64,000 bases of DNA from Takakia lepidozioides (taxonomy: Eukaryota > Plantae > Bryophyta). Location of the stretch: the NCBI GenBank assembly GCA_030704615.1, contig CM060733.1:34038001-34102000 (forward strand), given 5' to 3'. The notes below the pieces were generated by a model, which made no database searches, had not been told where the DNA came from, and saw only the letters and a list, made by a program, of their open reading frames with translations. Of the stretch, positions 1 through 11,685 are shown one piece after another (positions within the stretch are counted from its first letter, which is position 1; each line of letters begins with the position of its first letter). The position numbers and the translations under genes were made by a program.

Positions 1-111
1 ATCTAATCAATGGTCATGATCAATTTAAAAATTATATTTTATTATTTCCGTACGTGGTCTAAGGTCCAAGAGTTGGTCTTCCAAACCACATGGACTCCTT
101 TTTTGGTCCGT

Positions 112-213
112 AGACCAACAATCTCCCGCAATATTCACCGCCGCACCTTTTCTAAGTTTCTTAGACCAACAATCTCCCACAATATTCACCGCCGCATCTT
201 TTCTAAGTTTCTT
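112..213. repeat. Two tandem copies of a 51-bp unit in a GGTC/GACC-rich, probably transposon-derived segment
   Basis: AGACCAACAATCTCCC(G/A)CAATATTCACCGCCGCA(C/T)CTTTTCTAAGTTTCTT at 112-162 and 163-213. Confidence 0.85.
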
Positions 214-2283
214 GGTCGTACTGTAAAGCCAATATGACCAAAAAAACATTGCCTCGACCAATAGGATCATTGCATTTTGAGTTGGTCTTGGTCTTGGTCT
301 TGGTCCGTAGTCTAAAGTGGCCCTTAGTTCCACACGAATCCATGAGTTTGCCACTAAACTATAACGGTAGGCTGTATTTAAGGGTCCGCATAGCTTTAGA
401 TGAAAAGAGCACACTAAGTTTTTGATGCGGAGGGATGTTTAAGGCGGGAGTTGCAAACATAAGAGTAGACAGATGGTTAAACCTGGGAAAGGAGAACAAC
501 GACCAATGTTCTTGAACTGGACTCAGATCAGCTTTGTTGAAACCAAACTATTACTACCAGATCTGGGAGAAAGCCTGCAGACTTGCTCATATATCAAAAG
601 GTTGTTCCCAAGGGTTTAGTTATTGTCCAAGGGACACCTATTAAGAAGGCCTCTTGCTTAACTTTCAGTGGCCTGCATAAAAGCTCTCATGACAAAAATC
701 ATCCTCTGTTTTCACGCCATACACTATCGAACTCTGTTTTTTTGGGGGGGGGGGGGGGGGACCTTTTTCATAGCTTACTTGGAAGACAAGTTTTCACTAT
801 CCAACTCTGAAAAACGTGGAGTAATTCCAATGCCAAAGTTGAAGGCATTCCTGCTGTCAACCCACCGTCCATTGCTAGGCCTAAAAGGCAGCATAGGTGG
901 GAAGTCAGCCGGAAAAGTTCAATCATAACTCAAGAAAGGAAGAGAATCCATAGGTGATTATAGGATATATAACTAGTGCGCATACATGTTATTCCCTAAC
1001 TAGAAAGCAAACTAGAACCTCATAGTCATCAAACTTAGACACTGACACAAAATGCACTGTTTTCAAATATCTTTTGAAATGTCTTCCAGAATTTCACTGC
1101 ACTGGGGTACTCTTTACAGCAATTTTGTTACCACTTGTCCCATATTTCAGTAAATGCTTCTCTATGCCATGAGCCTTTAATTTAAGACCTTGAATAAATC
1201 TCAACGCTTTTCTACCAACTCCAGTTAGAATGGTTTGCCTAAAGCATGCAAATAGCATGATCGAAAGACAACAGAGATGATACAGTAGAGATATTGCAAG
1301 ACAAAGCGACAAGGTTGAAAGAGGCAAGGTTGCACCTGACTTGAAGCTGCTTGTAGGTAGCCTAAACTCTTGTCCAAAACTGAAACTGTTTGCAACACAT
1401 ATGGTGGATAGCCCGCGGAGCTTTGATACCCATCCATCCCACTTCATTTATGAATTAGTAAAGAAACTCCACTCATACAAAACAATTTGAATTTCATCCC
1501 ACTAATCACCAAGTTGGTTGCTCGTCTAAGATCTATTTGGCTGTATAGTGAAGTTGAAATCACTGCCTCACCCTCCTACCAAATGGGGTCAGTTGCTAGG
1601 AGGCACGGCCAAACAAAGGGATGGTGGACAAGTGCAAAGGATCAACTTGCCTCCAGGCATTTGGAGAGACGGAGACAATCAATGGGTGAGAGTATCTTCC
1701 AGAAGATACAACTTGCTGGTTGTTCTCTCCTTGGGACTTCTCAAATTGCAGGCATGGAATGTGATACATGCATCACACATAAATCAAATGATCTATTTGC
1801 CATAGAATTGGAACTTGAAGAACACCGCCATTGCAGTATTAAGCCCACCGGGTCATATATTGCAGGAACCTTGATGGAATTGAAGGAGATCTACAACAGG
1901 AACAAGATTGGAGTTCAAAATACAGAATTTGTTATTTACTCTTGATTGACACACTGGCCACCTCAACTAATGCAAGCCTCCCCCAAGCAGGGCAGCTTCT
2001 GCAGGGGACGCACCCAAAAACACTATCAACTGACAGATGCAAAGGCCAGCCAGAATGGCTTAGGGTCCAGAATGCATCCCGCGTCAAGTAGATCTAATAT
2101 CAAGAAAGAATCAACAATGCTCACCCACCATATGAGTTACTCTTGTGACCAAACTAGCCTTCGACGCCCTCCATGCACTTGCTACAATAAGCATCTGAGC
2201 TACAGCTGTTTGACTTGATAAGCAGCTCGTACACAGGCTCCAAGCAGCCGATGAGCCTTCGAGAGGCTGCTGTGCCTTGGTGA

Positions 2284-2568
2284 GTAGCTGGAAGGAGAAA
2301 ACAAACTGTTATAGATGATGAAGAGGCTGCAGAGCTTTGGAGCAGCTGGAAGGAGATAACAAACTGTTATGGATGAGGAAGCTTTAATTTGATGAGAAAG
2401 ATTTCCTTGTCATCGAACCAGATGACCCTTCAATGAAATCATTGATGGCTACTAAGCCTTGCAGAGTAGCTGGAAGGAGAAAACAAACTGGTATGGATGA
2501 CGAAGCTTAATTTGATGAGAAAGATCTCCTTGTCATTGAACCAGATGACCCTTCAAACAAATCATTGA
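2284..2568. repeat. Imperfect tandem duplication of the EXO70 3' end (last ~20 codons, stop and start of 3' UTR)
   Basis: 2344-2447 resembles 2468-2568 (AGCTGGAAGGAGA.AACAAACTG...TTAATTTGATGAGAAAGAT...CCAGATGACCCTTCAA...AATCATTGAT); a third partial copy lies at ~2284-2325. Confidence 0.8.
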
Positions 2569-4600
2569 TTTGCACTTCCAGTTCTTCAGCTGCATATTTT
2601 ATGTACTTCTCCGGATGTCTACCAGTCTCGAGATAATGCCCATATCGGCCCAAGAAAGAAACATATGCAGGAAGCAACCTGCTAGTAATGGAGATTCGGA
2701 GTTCATCACGGAGTTGGGGATCAAAAACAATCCAACTGGATTGAATTTTGTGAACCTCCTCAAATGCAACATTGAAATTCTTGAACCTGTCCTTGAGCAC
2801 TACCCTCGAAACCCCACTTGATAAACCTCCAGAGCTGTGTATGCCTTCATCTCGCAAGCAAGAAAGCACTTTCACCCAGGCAGCTCTTTGATAGCTGTTT
2901 GCATATTGCCTCACCAGAGTTGTATGTTTCCTCACCCAGTCATCCCCCAGAAGTGTCCTCAACTCCGAACACTTGACCTTCTGCACCATGTAGTGCACAT
3001 TGTTCATGAGAAACACATATGTCAAAGCTGGGTCTCTGTACAACTTTGACTTCCCCTCTAAATTGGTTTGAAGCACATTGATTATCAGGATTGTTTGCAG
3101 AGCCAATGGTGACAACTCCTCTCTCCTGCCCCCTTCATCCTCACCCAAAAAATCAGCCCCGCCATTTGAGTCGCCTAATAGCCTCGGGACTTCCCTCTTT
3201 TTCTCTCCAAAGAGCTGCTTTAAAGTGTCAGTATAGTCGCAGAGAAACTTGATGTAATTCATCACATAGCGAGTAAGAGGATGAACCGCGCCCCCAGGCA
3301 TCGCTGTGTTGACTGCATATCGTTGAATTGCATTCTCAAACTCAGCAAAGGTCCCACGGGCAGCTTCTCCCAGTCGCATCAAGATACCTGCTGCTTCCTC
3401 TCTCACACTTGCACATGCCTCTCCGCAGAAAATGGAGTCAATTTCGGGAAGAAGGTCGCGCAATGTCTCGTACATGTCAAGTATCTTGAAAAGCCTTTCA
3501 GGTGCCCTCCGGCTGATTGCTATGGCCTCACCAAAACTCAAGAGTTGCATCATTGCTGCTTTCGCAAGTTCAGCAAAGCAACTGTCCGGAAAAGGCGCTG
3601 GAAAGATCTGGTCGCATAGCCCCTTCTCGCTCGCAAATAGAACCTTCACAGCCACTTTCATGGCTTGATTCCATTTCTTAATCTTACTTTCCTGAATCTC
3701 CCAAGACAACTTCTGAACCTCGCCGATGCTCAACTTTTCCACCCCCAACCTATACAGACTTTCTTCCAAAACAGACTTCCTTACGCTGGCATACACTTGA
3801 AAACACTCTCGCATGTATCCGGCGACAAGCATGCGTTGTGCAATATCAGCAAGGTCTGGCACTATCTCGGGAGGGAGAAGGTCCACAATAGGCTGCAAAT
3901 CTCCCACAGGCCGTGCAACTGGAACATCATCATCCCCATCATCATCCCTAGTATTATCTGCATCATCTTCCTCACCAGAGCTCTGTGATAACTCATTGAC
4001 CACATCCTCAAGATTACTGCGACTAAAGGACCGTGCTGACAAGGAGTCCAACAACCAATCGGGATCTACCGACTCACTGTAAGTCACCAGCATGTGTCTA
4101 AACTCCTCCTCTAAGCGTGCCATAGCCAGTTGAAGTAGATTCTGGGCTCGCTCCAGCAATCCAGCATCGCTCTGGGAAACTGACAGAGAATCAAGCATGT
4201 TTTGAACCTCATCGACAGCTTCCAGATAAGAACCCGCTTCTTCAGGTGGACATTCCCATATCATACGTTGCCGTGCATTCTCTGAATACCCCATGTCCCA
4301 CTGGAGTACCACATCCTCTGCAGAATCTAGAGTGTTTCTCCCACTACTTGAATCCCCACTGCTTTGAGGAACGTTCTGAGAGACGGTACCCTCTAAAAGC
4401 TGGGAATCTGCGACATCCGAAGTCCCACCAAGAGACTCGAGCTTCTTGGGAAGCTTCTTTTCATTCATGCTGGAGAATCGGTGATCAAACTTGGAGAGAA
4501 TTTGGAGCATGTCATCCGTCATGGTGTCCGTAGTGCCCAGACTTCTCACAATATGATGTGCTGTTGCTATCACCCTGTCCTCGCCATCGGACGCTGCCAT
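2507..4600 (-). CDS. EXO70: Exocyst complex component EXO70 family protein (intronless, 697 aa)
   Basis: Long single ORF with plant EXO70 hallmarks: AMARLEEEFRHML, PERLFKILDMYE, GGAVHPLTRYVMNY, FLMNNVHY, KDRFKNFNVAFEE, IKYAAEELE. Confidence 0.95.
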   Translation of the reverse strand: MAASDGEDRVIATAHHIVRSLGTTDTMTDDMLQILSKFDHRFSSMNEKKLPKKLESLGGTSDVADSQLLEGTVSQNVPQSSGDSSSGRNTLDSAEDVVLQWDMGYSENARQRMIWECPPEEAGSYLEAVDEVQNMLDSLSVSQSDAGLLERAQNLLQLAMARLEEEFRHMLVTYSESVDPDWLLDSLSARSFSRSNLEDVVNELSQSSGEEDDADNTRDDDGDDDVPVARPVGDLQPIVDLLPPEIVPDLADIAQRMLVAGYMRECFQVYASVRKSVLEESLYRLGVEKLSIGEVQKLSWEIQESKIKKWNQAMKVAVKVLFASEKGLCDQIFPAPFPDSCFAELAKAAMMQLLSFGEAIAISRRAPERLFKILDMYETLRDLLPEIDSIFCGEACASVREEAAGILMRLGEAARGTFAEFENAIQRYAVNTAMPGGAVHPLTRYVMNYIKFLCDYTDTLKQLFGEKKREVPRLLGDSNGGADFLGEDEGGRREELSPLALQTILIINVLQTNLEGKSKLYRDPALTYVFLMNNVHYMVQKVKCSELRTLLGDDWVRKHTTLVRQYANSYQRAAWVKVLSCLRDEGIHSSGGLSSGVSRVVLKDRFKNFNVAFEEVHKIQSSWIVFDPQLRDELRISITSRLLPAYVSFLGRYGHYLETGRHPEKYIKYAAEELEVQINDLFEGSSGSMTRRSFSSN

Positions 4601-4993
4601 AGTCCTACAAAAACCTGCGTCCCCACCCTCTCCCCGATCTCTTCACCCTGTCTAGACTATTCGACCATTTCCTCCCGATCAAAACCCAGAGACGCGTCTT
4701 TCACCTCTCTTTCTCCGACCAACACACACACCCTCCCTCACTGCACAGCAGTAGCAGCAGCTGCAGCTAGGGCACGGACTAGGGCAACTCAAGCAAGAGA
4801 TTATGGAGTGTATTAGTGCGAGATTATCTTAAGCAGACGGACGTGGGCGTTCGTCGATGGCTTGGGCAACGTCTTCGCGCTCCTGCGAAGAGTCCACACG
4901 CTAGCGCGCTGTGAGATCGTGACCCTGCGCTCGGCTTCTATGAGGTGCAGCTGTGCAGCCAGGCATGCGCGAGCGTGCCTTTGAAAGGCAGTC
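4601..4993. promoter_or_regulatory. Putative bidirectional promoter/5' UTR region between EXO70 and VPS26
   Basis: Divergent start codons 393 bp apart with a CpG-rich spacer; depends on the inferred VPS26 ATG micro-exon. Confidence 0.55.
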
Positions 4994-7900
4994 ATGGTAG
5001 GCTACCTGCACTTTTCCCTCTTCTTTGCATCAAGGAACTCTCTTATGACGCGTTGATTTATGTCTTGTGCACGGTTGTTGAGCTTTTCATGCCCCCTAGC
5101 TCCTGATTGAGATCGAAGTTGGCGAGAGGTAGAGAGATGCATAGAGAGAGTGAATTTAATCCTTTCTCGTTTCCTGCGAACGTTGGGTAATGTAACCTTG
5201 CCGGCATTTTACCCACTGGTTGACACCCATCCCTGAGCTGGTTGTGGGTTTCAGCACACTAGCCCGAAATGTCCGTAGTGACAAGCCGGGTACACAAATT
5301 GAATGCTGATCAATGGGGCTCAGCAGAGTGAAGAAGAAAGAAACGAGTTCAGTAGTTTTCAGCAGGGAGGGAGAGGGAGAGAGGGAGAGATATCTAATCG
5401 GCACATATTATTTGGATCAGAGCGTGCTTGCAGTGAGTGACATGGATGGTCCAAAGAGCTGCTCATGGACCTCCTTTTTGGGTTGGATATGAATTGGCCT
5501 ACTGTATTGCGTGATGGGGGGCCTTTTTCTTCTGATTATAATGCTCGGGCGAAGTATGGGATCACGCAAGTGAAACTGCTGTTCCCCTTGCAATGAGCTG
5601 TACGTGTAACACGAGCTGTAGCAAGCCTCCTTTGGGGTTCAGCCACTAGCCAAAGTTACCTAACTGACAGCTGTGGATGCGCAGTGACTGGATATAGGTT
5701 TGCCCCAGTGCCTGTGAAGCTTTGCAGCTAACTTCCCTGGATTGCAGTTCTGACAAGGAATTGGAGGCACCTGTAGCGTCAAATATACAGTGGACTTAAA
5801 ACTTTACTTAAGATCAACAGACGTGTATAGAGTTCTAATTCGAGTCTTGGTTGAATAGATCTGACAGAGACAACTCTTCATTTTCAATATGCAACTTAGG
5901 TGTCGGGTGGAAACCCTAGCTGATCTTTTCGCACTGGACGTGGATGATAATTGAAGAGCAATGAGATGAGCTGAGTGTGATGGCAGCTTCAAAATAGTTT
6001 ATCTTTTCGCTGGAATTAAATATGGGAGAGTGTAGTTGGAAGTTTTTCATCATTGCCAATACCCATCGAGATCCAGAGGTTTTGCATTTAAGAGCTTACC
6101 TCAGTACACCCAGTTTCATGTAAAGTTGGGGGTTACATTGTGCAATGGGAAGGTCAATTGTACAAAGCTGATGGCCATCCTCCCACGCTGTTATCACCAT
6201 GTTGTCTAGGGTGCCATTCTGTGCAATCTGCTACTTGAGAATTGAGATAGGCTATTGCACAATGTTGTTTGGTACAGAACTTTTTGATTGGAGCATTTGG
6301 ACCTCCATGCACCATCTCCATTGATTTTGCTGATGCTGAGACCCGAAAGCAGGTGGGCTCGAACCCCCATTTACCTCCTCTTACTTTACATTTGTAACAG
6401 AGCTGTCTTTGTCTTTTTCATATTTGTGTCAGGGGTATTGTTTATAACCTTCACCAGCAATATTAGAAGACAACATCAATTAGAGGAGGGTAAAAAAAGG
6501 TAGGTTATTGATAACTCAGTGTTCTCATGTATACACTTGGTTTATAGAACATCTTAGGTATGCACTTTGTGAGAATTATTTGATCAAATTAGAAAAGGGT
6601 CACATTTGAGCACTCTCTGCACCATCGATCTTATAATCCAGATTGGTGCAGCTCTGCTCCAAGAGTTCCACTGAAACCTGATAATGGTGAGAAACTTCCA
6701 GGCACTTGTTACTAAAACCCACTTGTAGGAGACAAGACTAAGGCAAAAGGCTAGTTTCCTTCCTGATTCAATTAACGTGTCCTCTTATGTAGCCAGTGTT
6801 GAGCAGTTGAATGATCCTAATAGGGGAGTTGGTTCCCTCCGTGTGACCAACCCTGGAGACGTCAGGTTCAGTTGCTTTCCTGGGTTGGTCTTCTATCTCT
6901 TCCACCTTTGAGGAGGACAAAAGAAGTAAGGCATCAGCTTGCCCAGAGTACATTGCTAATCCAGTTTACATCTACATTGGGTTTTCATTACAGCAACAAA
7001 CAAGTAAGATTATGGAGAAAAGAGATGGCTGATGCATGGTTTTGTGCAGGCAAGCGTGAAGAAGGAAAATGGACAGACTGTATTGGTCCCTTTGTTCCAG
7101 GGGCAAGAGAGTGTTGCTGGCGAGGTCCGTGCTGGTTTCTCTTATTGTATTTGAATATCTGCTGTCGTGGAATGTGTGGAGTCATCTCCAGCAGAATGAA
7201 CACCCTCCCCGCTGGCTTCCCAGGAGTTGGGCCAATTTTCTCTTTCAGGGATCTTGAATTTATCTTCCCGTTCCCAGGAATAGAGGCTCCTCCTGAACTA
7301 AGGAGGAGGAGAGTTTGACCTCTGTCCAAAGCCCTATTATAGGCTAAAGGGTGACGTACTGGACTTGAGTGGTAGTTTGACCAGTCATGGCACCTGAAAG
7401 GGTTAGTCCCCTCAGCCAGGCATCCTCTATGAGCGCTAGAGCGGATGCACATTATGAGCACCACTGTTATTGAGGGCTGTGCTTCTTTTCTGAGCTAATG
7501 ACTTGATGCAGTCATAACTACTATTTAGCTGTCTGTGTTGTCGTGCAGGTGCGAATTGACCCCTTGCCGGGAAAGAAGGTGGAGCACGTGGGGGTAAAAA
7601 TTGAGCTCTTGGGCCAAATAGGTACTGGTTTGGGAGCCTGTATTGAGTCAAGGCTCTTGTGCCACCATGCCCATACAACCCCTTTGATCCCTGTTTACCT
7701 TTGCTGTAATCTCCAGCAATTGGATATGCTTTGACCACTTGTCTCATGTACATGGTTTTTGCTTTCTCTCTGTTACTCCTCCTGGCCTCTGCCTTCACAC
7801 ATTCGCTTTTCAACTAGAATAATTTTGGTTCCCTTGAGCCAAACTGAGAAAGATCTGTTGTTGTAATTTATGAGATTGACAGTCCCTCTTCTCACCCTTG

Positions 7901-10415
7901 TAACTTTGCATCCTTAGGCATTGGTGCATGTGCAGTTGTTATGATGAAGCAAAAAAGCCTGCTGTCGATTAGTGTAGCACAAATGTATCGAGTGACAGGA
8001 AGAGAAATTTGCTCTTCGAAGGTGAAACTGCTGGTCTCACATGTTCGGTGCTGTGTTTGTTGTGCAGAGCTCTATTTTGACAGGGGCAGCTTTTATGATT
8101 TCACTTCTCTTGGTGAGCTAAGACTCCCAGTAGGAGGTTGGGAACCTTGTAAAACATGCAGACTAGAACTAGACTGCCTGGTGATTGTTTGTGAAAACTT
8201 TTGGTTTACATACCTCAAAAAGTGCTGTTATGTGCTGCTTTTCCTCTGGAGGTGAAGAATGGGGTCATTTGCGGCAAGGAGGGTACAGTCAGGGAGCTGG
8301 ATGTGCCTGGTGAAATTTTGGAACGCAAAATCTACCCCTTCGAGTTCTCCACTGTCGAAATGCAGTATGAATCTTACAATGGTGTCAATGTCCGGCTCAG
8401 GTAGTCCATGCCATCCTGCTATCTCTCTGCATCCTCTTCAAGTCCACAAGCCACGTATAAGGACCGACTGTTGACAGGCACAGATGTAATGTATGGAAGT
8501 AGAATATTGCAGGACCTAGATTGGGAATTTGTACTGTGCATGTTTGGTGTAGACTGAACAATTTGTATCTCACCATTTTAAAAATGGTGGCGGGGCACAG
8601 ATATATTCTGAAGGTGACAATCAGTCGCAGTTATGCAACCAACATTGTGGAGTACAAAGATTTCTGGGTAGGCCTTACCCACAATCTTCAGCAAATGAGC
8701 AAATATACTGTCTCTTAATTGGACATGTTACTCAAAAGGAAGGAAGAGTGGCAATTTTGAATACATCCAAACTATTGCCAATGCATGCTCGGCATGTTGA
8801 TGTTCTGGGGCATTATAATTATATGTGCCTTGTAAGCATGACTGGCAAAGAAACGCACAAAACTAAGATCCAGATACATTTCAAATTCGAAACCCAATTT
8901 TTTGGTGAGAAAAATGTCAGGCTATGTAGGAATTTCACTCCTGTATGTTGCATCAGAGCACATGCCTGGGTACTCTTGACTGAGGTTCTGAAGGCCCTTG
9001 GCTGATTTCTTCTTTTCTTGGAGTCGGGATATGTCGTGGTTTGGCAGGTCCGGAACTTTTCGTCTCCACCAGAGATCAACAATAGCATTAAGGTGAGCTG
9101 GTGGTTGCTATATAGGTCCCTATTGTGAGAATTTCGAGCTCTTAAGGGTACCACATGGCATGCTTCACCCGATTGAATTGCCTGATGAGATGTGCCATGG
9201 TCCTGTGCAGTATCTGATAGTTGACTTTACCCAACATACTGTTTAGTTGGGGTTTTCTGTATCTAGGCGTTTGATCGCTCTGAGTTCTCATTCAAATGGG
9301 GTGCACATGGCAGATGGAGGTGGGAATAGAGGATTGCTTGCATATTGAGTTTGAATACAGCAAGAGCAAGTAAGTTCTTTCGATTGAGTCATTTCTTCAC
9401 TTGCACTTCAGCGACAATTTAGAAACACGATATCTCAATCTGGCCGTGACTTTCCTGGAAATGGTCATGGTTCCCACTGGCAGAATCCCCATAAATAAAG
9501 AAATGCAAACCTAGTGTCAAACATCTAGGAGTTGATCTTTATTTCCTTATGTTTATGAGTATCACTCCACCAGTTCTTCGAAATACTTTTCAGTTTATGC
9601 CCAGCAAATATTGTAACAGATCCAATGAATGTCGTGTTATCGTTTTCTGATTTTGGCTTGCTGCTTTCATTTTGTTGTGTGGGAATTCCTTGCTTATCAT
9701 CTTCAGTGTAATAGTAGGCTTGGCTTTGCTACTGGTTCCAAGGCCAAGAAACTGTGTGGGGCTCCCAATAGGGAGGCCCAGAGCATTTGCGACTCCTTGT
9801 AGCAGACTGGTGAATGCCAGAGCAGGACCTCTATTTTTATTCTCCCTGAATAGTCTGGTTGAGGTCTGTCACTCAGGTACCACCTAAAGGATGTGATTGT
9901 GGGCAAGATATACTTTTTGCTTGTGCGAATCAAGATCAAGCACATGGAGCTGGAGATAAGACGACGGGAGTCAACAGGGTCAGGACCTAACACGTACAAT
10001 GAGAGTGAGACTCTAGCGAAGTATGAAGTTATGGACGGTGCTCCAGTTCGAGGTAATTGCCTTTGCTTGCCGTGTGGTATGAATGTGTTACAATGCTATT
10101 ATTTTGCAAGCAAGAGGGGTGGGCATATGAGTACATGGTATGGTTGGGTGCTAGTTAAAAGTCACTACTATCTAAGCTTGCCAGGTTAGCGTCGCACAGT
10201 TAATTGCCTGAGTTCATATATTTCTGAGAAGACGATTTTGTGCAGGGGAGTCAATACCCATAAGATTATTCTTGAGCCCGTATGATCTGACACCCACCTA
10301 CCGCAACATCAACAACAAATTTAGTGTGAAATATTATCTCAACTTGGTGCTGGTTGATGAGGAAGACCGGCGATATTTCAAGCAGCAAGAGATCACCATG
10401 TTTCGAGCAGAATAG
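4994..10415 (+). CDS. VPS26: Vacuolar protein sorting-associated protein 26 (retromer subunit), 11 coding exons, 298 aa
   Basis: GT-AG exons with consistent phases: 4994-4996 (ATG only, inferred), 6278-6352, 7050-7124, 7549-7621, 8068-8112, 8289-8400, 8601-8667, 9048-9092, 9314-9369, 9877-10052, 10246-10415. The translation contains GKKVEHVGVKIELLGQIE, YESYNGVNVRLRY, MEVGIEDCLHIEFEY, GKIYFLLVRIKIK and LVDEEDRRYFKQQEI. The first-exon position is the least certain part. Confidence 0.93.
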
Positions 10416-11685
10416 TCACTGGTGAAACTTTTATGCTGCTATTGCTGGAGGAGCCAGCTCGGTCTACTTAAGCTTCACAGGGCCAATTGGAGGCTTCTCA
10501 TGTGGCCACAAGACCTTCCTTAACCTTGAATCAGCCCGACGGCAGGAATGGTTAGGGTGTTGTTGTCTTCCTGAGGTTTCTTTGAAACCTTTCCTGTAAT
10601 CCACATATTTTCCATACCTGGTTGCCTCGGGTACAGAATTCAGGTAGTAAAAGTCTAAATGATTAGTGATCACAACTGAATTTTTTTAAAGGTGGATCAC
10701 ATTTTGAGCATCAACTTGCATGTATTATTTCCAATTTCACCAACTGCCCTTGTGTTATGGTAGAATGATTGCTGTGCTCTGTGCCATATACATGAACTGC
10801 AGCTGTCAGTGAAGGGGATTTTTGCCCGAAGGAAAGAAAACACAAAGAAAACACGAAAGGAAATTGTGCCCAACCTGTGTCTGTCTGCAGATGATCATCA
10901 ACCAAATCCTCCCTTTGAGTACATTGTTGTTTCCTGTGGTTGCAGAGTTTCCTTGCAAAACATCCTTGATGATGTAGTGTAGCTGGAAATCTTCATCACT
11001 TGCTGAGCATCTAATCCATGCAGCTGGATGCGCCTTATGAAAGCTCAATCTATACAGACAGCTCTGTATTGGCAGCAGCGCCCTCGTGCCTATCAGCTGC
11101 TCCAGTGAAGCTTGTGGTCCCAACTCCCAAGCAAAGCCGCAGCATCCGGATGGGCCAGTGCGGGCCTCATGCAGAGAAAAGCCAAGCCCAATCTTCTCAG
11201 AAATGGGCCCTCACAAAAGTTGACCACAAGGTTCTGGGACTATCCGTGGGAAGAGGAATGTCTAACGTCCATGCTTTGCTTTCATCTCGGAGGGTTGTCA
11301 AGCTAACAGCAAGTTCTCAGTGGGAGATTAGCAAGTCTTCGAAATTCCAGTTACGTGTTGTTGGGCAGATACGTGATCCCTGCCCCAAGGCACCTCCAGA
11401 CTGATCCACCTTTAGAGTTTTCTTAACTGGGATGTGGGTAACGCAACTTGAACTACCAAGATTAGGCAGGGGGATTGAATTGAACCACCTCCCAGTAACA
11501 GACCTGATCAGTCTGTAAGTAAGTGCGGAAATTGGTTGTTTCGTATTCCAAAGGGGAGAGGAAGAGGGTGGAGTGCCACAGAAGAGGCAAGGCAAAAAAG
11601 TCCTTCAATTATAATACAGTCTTGCGAGAAAGGACAAGGAGGAGGTAGAAGCGTGCTCTGACACCGCGGGATCATTGTCCGAGGG

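Noticed and set aside
430-2220. Short ORFs downstream of EXO70
   Set aside because: No recognisable domain or exon chain; possibly decayed retroelement sequence, but unsupported
2570-4816. Plus-strand ORFs overlapping EXO70, and similar antisense ORFs over other genes and TEs
   Set aside because: Shadow ORFs with no recognisable motifs
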